From the IMG/VR virus record IMGVR_UViG_3300012837_000001: 42,203 nt of DNA. One strand, given 5' to 3'. Below the pieces are notes generated by a model that was not told where the DNA came from, did no database searches, and was given only the letters and a program-made list of their open reading frames with translations. Shown one piece after another: positions 34,170 through 40,517 of this stretch. The position numbers were made by a program, and so were the translations under genes. The DNA is from a virus. Positions within the stretch are counted from its first letter, which is position 1. Every line of letters begins with the position of its first letter.

Positions 34170-34242
34170 GTTCGCAGCTCGCGATTCTGCGTGACGCAGG
34201 TTGCGAACTTTGGGGTTGCGGTTAAGTTCGCGATATGCGAAC
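34170..34242. promoter_or_regulatory. Right operator/promoter region between the repressor and the cro-like gene
   Basis: GTTCGCagctcGCGATT (34170-34186), CTGCGtgaCGCAG (34187-34199), a GCGAAC half-site (34203-34208) and GTTCGCgatatGCGAAC (34226-34242). The last is the exact reverse complement of the 33501 operator. Confidence 0.7.
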
Positions 34243-34250
34243 ATGAGCCT

Positions 34251-34454
34251 ATGTCACCTCTTCTCGCATACCGTGCTCTCAACGAGCTGACGCTTCAGGG
34301 CCTCGCCGCCAAGATCGGCACGAGCCCCGGCTATCTGCATGACCTTGAGAAGGGACGCCGCAAGCCGTCGCCCCGCCTCGTGCTGGCTATCGAGAAGGCG
34401 ACGGGCATCCCGCGTCACACGCTGCTACCGGAAATCTTCGGGAGGGCAGCATGA
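34251..34454 (+). CDS. Cro-like HTH regulator
   Basis: MSPLLAYRALNELTLQGLAAKIGTSPGYLHDLEKGRRKPS is an XRE-type HTH. First gene of the rightward operon. Confidence 0.8.
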   Translation: MSPLLAYRALNELTLQGLAAKIGTSPGYLHDLEKGRRKPSPRLVLAIEKATGIPRHTLLPEIFGRAA

Positions 34455-34708
34455 GCGAGCCCAACGACCAGATCCGTTCCATCGTCGAGCGCATCCAGCG
34501 CCTGACCGAAGAGCGCAAGGAACTCGCCAAGGATATCGCTGAGGTTCTGGCCGAGGCGAAAGCCAACGGCTTCGACAAGAAAGCGATCAAGTGGGTCGTC
34601 TCCGAACTGGAGAAAACCGAGATCGAGCGCGAAGAGCGCGATCATATCCGTGATCTCTACATGCAGGCCGTCAACCGGCCTCGCGTGCACGTGCACGAGG
34701 CGGCATGA
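34451..34708 (+). CDS. GapR-like (DUF2312/UPF0335) DNA-binding protein
   Basis: IRSIVERIQRLTEERKELAKDIAEVLAEAKANGFDKKAIKWVV closely matches the DUF2312 consensus (L..fieRIErLeeEkk.i..di.evyaEAK..GfD.kal). Confidence 0.8.
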   Translation: MSEPNDQIRSIVERIQRLTEERKELAKDIAEVLAEAKANGFDKKAIKWVVSELEKTEIEREERDHIRDLYMQAVNRPRVHVHEAA

Positions 34709-34709
34709 C

Positions 34710-34805
34710 ATGACCACCGCCTCCCTCATCATCCTCGGCATGTTCCTAGGCGCTCCCATCGGCCTGATGGCTGCCGCTCTCTGCGTCGCAGCGAAGGGCA
34801 ACTGA
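34710..34805 (+). CDS. Unlisted 31-aa hydrophobic peptide (MTTASLIILGMFLGAPIGLMAAALCVAAKGN)
   Basis: Starts 2 nt after the GapR-like stop. Single TM-like segment. Confidence 0.3.
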   Translation: MTTASLIILGMFLGAPIGLMAAALCVAAKGN

Positions 34806-34808
34806 GCC

Positions 34809-34892
34809 ATGACCCCCTATCGCTTCATGCTCTTCGTCGCTGCTTGTCCTGTCGCGCTCTATCTGCATCGGCTTTTCGAGGTGTGGGCATGA
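34809..34892 (+). CDS. Unlisted 27-aa hydrophobic peptide (MTPYRFMLFVAACPVALYLHRLFEVWA)
   Basis: Starts 3 nt after the previous stop, and its stop overlaps the next ATG (ATGA). Confidence 0.3.
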   Translation: MTPYRFMLFVAACPVALYLHRLFEVWA

Positions 34893-35821
34893 AGGGCGTC
34901 CGCATCTCGACTGAGAATGCCGAGGTAGCTCGCTCGATGCGAGCTTCCGGCGCACTTATCAAAGACATCGCGCTTTGCACGGGAACGAGCCAAGCGTGGG
35001 TGAGCAAGGTTACGAAAGGCATTTCGCCAGGGCAGCGCTCCAGATTTCGACATCTCAACCAGATGGATGTCGGAGGCATTGTCAGAGGCCTTGTGAGTGC
35101 CGGAATAGGTGACAGTGAAGTCGCTTCCCGCCTCGGCATCTCCAGAAGCTTCGCGAGCTTTCTGCGGAGAAAATACTGCGGTCTGAAGCCCGCCTTCGCG
35201 GTCGACATTAGCATGGTCCGCTCCATGGCAGAGCACGGCGCGGGCACCACCGAGATCGCAGAAGCGATAGGCGTCTCGCCGTCCTTTGTTGGGAATATAA
35301 AGCGTGCCGCCGGCATGCGGCCTGCCCAACAAATATCGAAAGGGCGCCGATCCGCCCGGCCGCTTTTGCCGCTCTTGGTCTACGCGCAAACCTACATCTC
35401 CTATGACGCCGAAACTGGTTTGTTTTCCCGTTCTGGGAAGACGATTGGCTTCGAGAAGAATGGGTACGCCCGCGTTGCAGTGCGCGGCCGCGTCGTCATG
35501 GGGCATCGGCTCGCTTGGCTACTCCACTATGCGGAGGAGCCGCCGGAGCTAATTGACCATATCGACGGCAACCCGCTGAACAACGCTGCGGGCAATCTGA
35601 GAGCCTGCAGTACATCTCAAAACGCCTTCAACAAAAGGCGCGCTTCCAACAACACGACCGGGGTTAAAGGCGTCTCGCAGGGCGCCGATGGTTATTACCG
35701 AGTTCGCGTTCAGGCCGGGCGTCTGGCAGTCCACTGCCATGCCAAGACCTTGGAAGAGGCTCGCGAGGCGCGCCAACGCCTCGCGGCTTCGTTGCATGGG
35801 GAGTTCGCTCGCCATGATTAG
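34889..35821 (+). CDS. HNH_3 endonuclease with an AP2 domain and three tandem N-terminal HTH-like repeats
   Basis: GYARVAVRGRVVMGHRLAWLLHY...IDHIDGNPLNNAAGNLRACSTSQN (HNH_3), then NTTGVKGVS...GYYRVRVQAG...HCHAKTLEEAREAR (AP2). N-terminal repeats: ...IKDIALCTGTSQAWVSKV / ...DSEVASRLGISRSFASFL / ...TTEIAEAIGVSPSFVGNI. Start at MKGVRIS (ATG 34889). Confidence 0.7.
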   Translation: MKGVRISTENAEVARSMRASGALIKDIALCTGTSQAWVSKVTKGISPGQRSRFRHLNQMDVGGIVRGLVSAGIGDSEVASRLGISRSFASFLRRKYCGLKPAFAVDISMVRSMAEHGAGTTEIAEAIGVSPSFVGNIKRAAGMRPAQQISKGRRSARPLLPLLVYAQTYISYDAETGLFSRSGKTIGFEKNGYARVAVRGRVVMGHRLAWLLHYAEEPPELIDHIDGNPLNNAAGNLRACSTSQNAFNKRRASNNTTGVKGVSQGADGYYRVRVQAGRLAVHCHAKTLEEAREARQRLAASLHGEFARHD

Positions 35822-35935
35822 TCTGCATCATATCGTGTCGCGCACGCTCGATTATCCGCGCCACGATGTCTCCAAGCCGCTCCATGTCTCTCTCCTTCTG
35901 ACGCTCTCAGGATCGTCAGAACGGAACCCAAGGTC

Positions 35936-36370
35936 ATGGAAACCTCAGCTCACTTCGCGGAAATCTCACGCCCTCGCGTGGGTTTCGTACCCAAGGCTAC
36001 CGATATGCGTGCAGTAGAATTCAGGGCGCGAGTTGGCGCCGTTCTCGCGTTCATCTCGCCTAACAGCACGATCAAGGACGCCTATCCGAAGGCCGCCCGC
36101 TTTCTTGGGCTGGGGCCTCGTCGCGTCCGCGCTCTGCATGCCGGCGAAGCCCGCGCGATCCAGGTCGATGACGAAGAGGCTCTCTTCGAGGCCGAAGTCA
36201 AAATCTCCGAACACATGCTCATGAAGGAAATGCAGCACCATGCCGACAGGTTGGAATATGCGGCGCTCCGATACGCCGCCAAGTCTTCCGATGCGGATCG
36301 TGAACGCATTGCTCGATGGCGCGATTTGGCTCGTCGAGTGCGTCGTGTCTTTGGCGGAGCGGGTGCGTAA
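35936..36370 (+). CDS. Hypothetical protein
   Basis: 144-aa ORF after a 114-nt gap. An alternative start exists at 36005. Confidence 0.5.
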   Translation: METSAHFAEISRPRVGFVPKATDMRAVEFRARVGAVLAFISPNSTIKDAYPKAARFLGLGPRRVRALHAGEARAIQVDDEEALFEAEVKISEHMLMKEMQHHADRLEYAALRYAAKSSDADRERIARWRDLARRVRRVFGGAGA

Positions 36371-37033
36371 ATGAGCAGAGTCTACTTCATCCTCAACGAT
36401 CGTGGCTTTGTGAAAATCGGCTTCACGAAGGGGAACGCGATCGGCCGAATGAAAGAACTCCAAACCGGGTCGGCTGACCAGTTGCAGTTGCTCGCCGTAG
36501 TTTCCGGCGACGAAACGCTTGAGCGCCGACTGCATGCTGCATTCGCAGAGCGCCGGCTGACAGGCGAATGGTTTGATTTTTCAGACGGTTTGGCGCCTCT
36601 GACGCGCGAACTAGACCGCCTTGAACTAAAGACAGAGGTTCAGAAGAGTTCCGCACGCTTTGAGCCGTCTCGCTCTGTGCTTCAATGCGCGGAATGGCTC
36701 AACAAGTGCTGTTCCCATCGTTCAGTTTACCATGACCAAGGGGCGGACGACGCCCTCCTGTTCATTGCTGGCGAGCTTGGCACGGGGGTTGGCACGGTTG
36801 CCAATATCGTCCGTCGACGGGTCGCATCGGTTGATGCTGACATCTACCTAGCGATACGCGACCTCCGCCTTGAATATATTGAGCGTGAGATTGAATTGCT
36901 CGATGCGGAGCATAGCCGCCTCGCCTCGCTAGAATGCGACGGCAACCGGCCCGACGCGTCAGAATTGCTGGCTCTTCAGAAGACCCTTCAGGCCGTCCGG
37001 GAAGGACTGGCGCGAATGAGGGGGCAGCCATGA
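36371..37033 (+). CDS. T5orf172 / MUG113 (GIY-YIG-related) domain protein
   Basis: VYFILNDRGFVKIGFTKGNAIGRMKELQTGSADQLQLLAVVSGDETLERRLHAAFAERRLTGEWFDF is the T5orf172 pattern. Confidence 0.7.
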   Translation: MSRVYFILNDRGFVKIGFTKGNAIGRMKELQTGSADQLQLLAVVSGDETLERRLHAAFAERRLTGEWFDFSDGLAPLTRELDRLELKTEVQKSSARFEPSRSVLQCAEWLNKCCSHRSVYHDQGADDALLFIAGELGTGVGTVANIVRRRVASVDADIYLAIRDLRLEYIEREIELLDAEHSRLASLECDGNRPDASELLALQKTLQAVREGLARMRGQP

Positions 37034-37671
37034 CCCTCGCAGCAATCGAATACACCGACGCTGCCCAGATGCTTGCGGATTATGCCGAGCGGCGGAAAGC
37101 GTTCTATCCCGTCACTCCGCAGGTTAAGGCGGAGCCTCGCGCCCCCTTGGTCCTCGACAAGCCACCCGTCTCAGGCTCTCGGTGGACAGCCGACGAGGTC
37201 GAGGCTCTCCGCACCTTGGTAGCCGATGGCCTCTCAAAGAAAGCCATCGCTAGGCGTATCGGCCGAAGCCCTGGCGGCGTCAGTGACTATGCCGGCAAGC
37301 TGGGGCTCAGGTTCACTAGGTCCACGGCCCAGCGGGTCCGGTCGATGGCCAGGGAGGCGAAGAACTGCCGCCTCGTCTTCGAGCGGGTTCCTGAAAGCGT
37401 CCGGCGGCATGAGCAGGGCCGGTATATACTCGGCCAAGTAGCGGCCGATTGCGGGCTCCTCGCGTCAGATCTCATCGCGGATGGCCGTACGGCTGTCGTC
37501 GTCGCCGCCCGCCAGCAAGCCATGTGGCTATGCGCTCGCGACACGCCGTTATCCCTCCCGGCTATCGGGAGGATTTTCAATCGCGATCATACGACGGTCC
37601 TCCATGCCATCCGCCGAGAGAACGACCGGCGCGGGGAAAACGTGCGCGGCATGGGAGGGTACAGGCGATGA
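37030..37671 (+). CDS. Fusion-like DNA-binding protein: GcrA-like N-terminal domain plus DnaA domain IV-like C-terminus
   Basis: RWTADEVEALRTLVADGLSKKAIARRIGRSPGGVSDYAGKLGL resembles the GcrA DNA-binding domain. AARQQAMWLCARDTPLSLPAIGRIFNRDHTTVLHAIRR matches the DnaA C-terminal HTH (..R..AMyL....t..Sl..IG..f.rDHtTV.ha). Start at ATG 37030, ATGA-coupled. Confidence 0.65.
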   Translation: MTLAAIEYTDAAQMLADYAERRKAFYPVTPQVKAEPRAPLVLDKPPVSGSRWTADEVEALRTLVADGLSKKAIARRIGRSPGGVSDYAGKLGLRFTRSTAQRVRSMAREAKNCRLVFERVPESVRRHEQGRYILGQVAADCGLLASDLIADGRTAVVVAARQQAMWLCARDTPLSLPAIGRIFNRDHTTVLHAIRRENDRRGENVRGMGGYRR

Positions 37672-37841
37672 GCGTCGTAGTCCCCGCTATCCGCCTCGCC
37701 GCGGCCCGCGCCCGCAAGGCTCTCCGCGACGAGCAAGCCTTCATCGAAGCTTGTGAGCGGGCTCTTGAAACCCGCCCGAAGGATATGGGCGAACTGGTCG
37801 AGCGCGCGAAGGCTACCGTTCAGCAGGAGCGCCGGCCGTGA
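37668..37841 (+). CDS. Hypothetical small protein
   Basis: 57 aa (MSVVVPAIRLAAARARK...), ATGA-coupled at its start, with a 4-nt overlap at its end. Confidence 0.45.
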   Translation: MSVVVPAIRLAAARARKALRDEQAFIEACERALETRPKDMGELVERAKATVQQERRP

Positions 37842-38182
37842 AGTTCGCGACGCGCGCCCTTGGCCGGCTCCCGGTCGGCACGATGAACAAGACGGAAGCC
37901 GCCTATGCGACCTTCCTCGACACGCTCATTCTCTGCAAGGACGTGCTCTGGTGGAAGTTCGAAGCGGCCAAGCTGCGCCTTGCTGACAACACGTTCTACA
38001 GCCCGGATTTCCTCGTTCTCCGTGCCGATGGAGCCCTCGAATGCCACGAGGTCAAGGGCCATTGGGAGGACGATGCGCGGGTCAAGATCAAGGTCGCGGC
38101 GTCGATCTACCCCATGCAGTTCATCGCCGTGCAGGCCCTCCCCAAAAGCAAGGGCAGCGGCTGGAAGGTGGAGCGCTTCTGA
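37838..38182 (+). CDS. PD-(D/E)XK nuclease (DUF1064-like, possible Holliday junction resolvase)
   Basis: MNKTEAAYATFLD...YSPDFLVLRADGALECHEVKGHWEDDARVKIKVAA carries the P-D...E-V-K motif. Confidence 0.55.
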   Translation: MKFATRALGRLPVGTMNKTEAAYATFLDTLILCKDVLWWKFEAAKLRLADNTFYSPDFLVLRADGALECHEVKGHWEDDARVKIKVAASIYPMQFIAVQALPKSKGSGWKVERF

Positions 38183-38991
38183 TGAGCCGCTGGTTTCGCC
38201 ACTACGCCGGCCTCTGCCGCGACGACAAGCTTGTGAGCGCTGCGATCAAGGCAAAGCAACCTGTCGAGCGCGTTGTGTGGGTCTGGTGCGCCATCCTCGA
38301 AAGCGCTGCGGAGATCGATGACAATGGACGATACGAACTGGACACCGCCGAGGTCGCCTACTTTCTTCGAGCGGATGAGGCTGACGTTGTCCGCGTTGTC
38401 GAGTGCCTGGGACACATGGGCCGACTTGATGCGGGTTCTGTGGCTAAGTGGTGCGACCGTCAGTTTCAGTCGGACCGCTCCGCAGAACGCCAGAAACGTT
38501 ATCGTGACAGGCGAAAACAGGCGCAGGGGGACACTCCTGACCGTCACCAGAACGGAGAAGTGACGTCACCGTCACGTCACGGTGACTCACCAGATACAGA
38601 GACAGAAACAGATATTCAGTTAGCTGACGCTAACTGCCGGCCTGAGCCAGCGCCGAAGCCGGCCGTTTCTCTCGTCGATCAGCTTTGGACCGATGGAATC
38701 CTGACGCTTGAGACGATGCACGTCGTGCCGCCGAAGGCCCGCAGCATGGTTGGCAAGTGGCTGAAGGACACCGGCAGCGACGCCGGACGCGTCCTGTGGG
38801 CGATCAACGAAGCGTCCATCCACGGCAGCGGCGATCCCATCCCCTACATCGCCCGCGTCTTGTCGGATCGTCCTACCGGGCCTCCTCCCCACCGCCAAGC
38901 CAAACCTAACTCTCTCCTCGAAGGCCTGGAAGAAATCGAAAACCTGAGGTTCGGCAACAATGTCCAGCCATTCGCCCGCATCGCAAACTGA
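38182..38991 (+). CDS. Putative replication organiser / initiator (two domains joined by an acidic linker)
   Basis: Starts at MSRWFRHYAG (ATG 38182). The C-terminal ...GRVLWAINEASIHGSGDPIPYIARVLSDR resembles DnaD/replisome-organiser C-termini. The linker region contains the iteron cluster. Confidence 0.45.
   Translation: MSRWFRHYAGLCRDDKLVSAAIKAKQPVERVVWVWCAILESAAEIDDNGRYELDTAEVAYFLRADEADVVRVVECLGHMGRLDAGSVAKWCDRQFQSDRSAERQKRYRDRRKQAQGDTPDRHQNGEVTSPSRHGDSPDTETETDIQLADANCRPEPAPKPAVSLVDQLWTDGILTLETMHVVPPKARSMVGKWLKDTGSDAGRVLWAINEASIHGSGDPIPYIARVLSDRPTGPPPHRQAKPNSLLEGLEEIENLRFGNNVQPFARIAN
38541..38636. promoter_or_regulatory. Candidate origin of replication inside the replication gene
   Basis: Five GTCAC/GTGAC pentamers in 38560-38586 including the palindrome GTGACGTCAC (38560-38569), plus another GTCAC at 38543-38547. 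Next comes an A-rich ACAGA x3 stretch (38591-38619) and a perfect 8-bp palindrome, CAGTTAGC-tgac-GCTAACTG (38617-38636). Confidence 0.5.
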
Positions 38992-39418
38992 GGCCACCAA
39001 CGCCCTGAAGCCGCTGTTCGTCGCCTATCCGGCAGAGCGCGGCAACGGCATGGGCGGCGCCGCGACCTACCTCATGGCCGTTGAGGGCTATTCCCTCCCG
39101 GCGATCCAGAAGGCGGTGACGCGGCTCATCCGTGGCGAGTTCGACTGGTTCGGAGGCCGGTTCCTGCCGACCACGGCCGAACTGTCCCGCGCCTGCCGCT
39201 ACTGCGAGGACTTGCTCGCCCCGCCGAAGCGCCTGGCACTGCCTGCGCCCGGCGATGTCGAGCCGACCGAGGACAGCAAGCGCCGCGTGGCTGACATGGC
39301 CCGCAACTGGTCGGATCGCGCGGTTCCCTCGCCCTACGACGAATACGACGCCTGGCAGAAGGCTCGTGCGGAAATCCCGTCAGGCCTGCCCCAGAACAAG
39401 GGAGAGCGCGCGGCATGA
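38960..39418 (+). CDS. Hypothetical protein
   Basis: 152-aa ORF that overlaps the upstream gene by 32 nt. Confidence 0.5.
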   Translation: MSSHSPASQTEATNALKPLFVAYPAERGNGMGGAATYLMAVEGYSLPAIQKAVTRLIRGEFDWFGGRFLPTTAELSRACRYCEDLLAPPKRLALPAPGDVEPTEDSKRRVADMARNWSDRAVPSPYDEYDAWQKARAEIPSGLPQNKGERAA

Positions 39419-39852
39419 GTGTCGGTCGTCGAGGATTTCTCAGGCTGCTCGCTGCTGCTCCTGTTGCGGTGCCTGTGGTCGCGCGAGAAGCTGCTCAGAA
39501 GGCCGGGCTGAGCGCTGATGCTGCCGGCTCGATCTATGATCAGGCTGCCAAGAATTATGGCGGCCCGTTTGCAACCGGCTCAAGTGGGCCTGACCCCGAC
39601 TGGTGCAGAAGCTGGGCAAAGCGCGTTTTCTCCCAGGATTGGGTTGACCAGACGCGTCGGGAGATCGGTCGCCGGCATCCTTGGCCGCTAGACCCCGATC
39701 TAGCCGCCTCGCGCAGCCTGTCGCTTTCGGCGGCCATGCGCATTCAGCGCGAGCGCAATATCGCGAAGGAGATCGACCGCGAGCAGAGCGCTGCACGCGA
39801 GCAGTTCTTCAGGGCGCTCGGATTCCATTTCGATGCGGGAAGCGCGGTATGA
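39415..39852 (+). CDS. Hypothetical exported protein with a twin-arginine (Tat)-like signal peptide
   Basis: The N-terminus MSVGRRGFLRLLAAAPVAVPVVAREAAQKA fits the (S/T)RRxFLK motif plus an h-region and an AxA-like site. Confidence 0.55.
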   Translation: MSVGRRGFLRLLAAAPVAVPVVAREAAQKAGLSADAAGSIYDQAAKNYGGPFATGSSGPDPDWCRSWAKRVFSQDWVDQTRREIGRRHPWPLDPDLAASRSLSLSAAMRIQRERNIAKEIDREQSAAREQFFRALGFHFDAGSAV

Positions 39853-40031
39853 AGGCCTCCCGAAAGGTTGAAAAGACCAAGGCTCCTCCTGGCTGCATGC
39901 GTTTCGAGCGGCATACGGCGTCGGACGCGGCGGCTGCAAAGCTCCGCAAGCGCGCCATTGCCGAGCGTCTGAAAGGTTCTGGCAGTCATCTCGCGGATGC
40001 CACCCCAAAATCCAACCCCAGAGGGCAGTAG
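39849..40031 (+). CDS. Hypothetical small basic protein ending in the junction-element tail
   Basis: MKASRKVEKTK...ERLKGSGSHLADATPKSNPRGQ. ATGA-coupled start. Confidence 0.5.
   Translation: MKASRKVEKTKAPPGCMRFERHTASDAAAAKLRKRAIAERLKGSGSHLADATPKSNPRGQ
39975..40019 (+). repeat. Junction element, copy E (long form)
   Basis: GGTTCTGGCAGTCATCTCGCGGATGCCACCCCAAAATCCAACCCC, then AGAGGGCAGTAGC-ATG (40033). Confidence 0.8.
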
Positions 40032-40032
40032 C

Positions 40033-40149
40033 ATGAGATGGGGTGACTTCAGCCGCAGCGCTTACAATGGGCGTTGGCTTTCGGTGCACTCGTTTCTGCA
40101 TCGCTGGCTTCTATCAGATTTGACCACCAACGGCAGGAGCGGAAAATGA
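40033..40149 (+). CDS. Unlisted 38-aa ORF (MRWGDFSRSAYNGRWLSVHSFLHRWLLSDLTTNGRSGK)
   Basis: Starts 2 nt after the upstream stop and 13 nt after copy E. Its stop overlaps the next ATG (ATGA). Composition is not clearly protein-like. Confidence 0.25.
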   Translation: MRWGDFSRSAYNGRWLSVHSFLHRWLLSDLTTNGRSGK

Positions 40150-40517
40150 AGGTCTATCGGCTCGACGAGTTCCGTAAGCTGCCTGAGGGGACGCTGTTCT
40201 GCGAATGCGAGCGGTGGGTGTTCGGCACGCTCCACGTCAAAGGTGAGACATGGGAGCGCGACTTCCTGCTTCGCGACCTCCAGAGCATCGACGCGGAAGA
40301 CAGTGGCGAATGGGGCCGCCGTCTTGATGAGATGCTTGAGAGCGGCGCGAGCTACCCCATCAATGGCGATTACGGGCGTGACGGGTCTTTCAATGAGAAT
40401 GCCCTGTTCCTCGTCTACGAGCGCGAAGACCTGTTGGAGCTACGGCGCACAATAGACGAGGCGCTGGAAGGTTCTGGCCGGAATCTAGCGGATGCCACAA
40501 AGAAAGACACCCCATGA
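40146..40517 (+). CDS. Hypothetical protein ending in the junction-element tail
   Basis: Starts at MKVYRLDEF (ATG 40146, with GGAGCGG upstream). C-terminus ...EGSGRNLADATKKDTP. Confidence 0.6.
   Translation: MKVYRLDEFRKLPEGTLFCECERWVFGTLHVKGETWERDFLLRDLQSIDAEDSGEWGRRLDEMLESGASYPINGDYGRDGSFNENALFLVYEREDLLELRRTIDEALEGSGRNLADATKKDTP
40470..40513 (+). repeat. Junction element, copy F (long form)
   Basis: GGTTCTGGCCGGAATCTAGCGGATGCCACAAAGAAAGACACCCC, directly abutting the ATG at 40514. Confidence 0.8.

Noticed and set aside
35664-35885. Minus-strand 73-aa ORF in the 35822-35935 gap.
   Set aside because: About 70 percent of it is antisense to the 3-prime end of the HNH-AP2 gene. It has no RBS or motif support.
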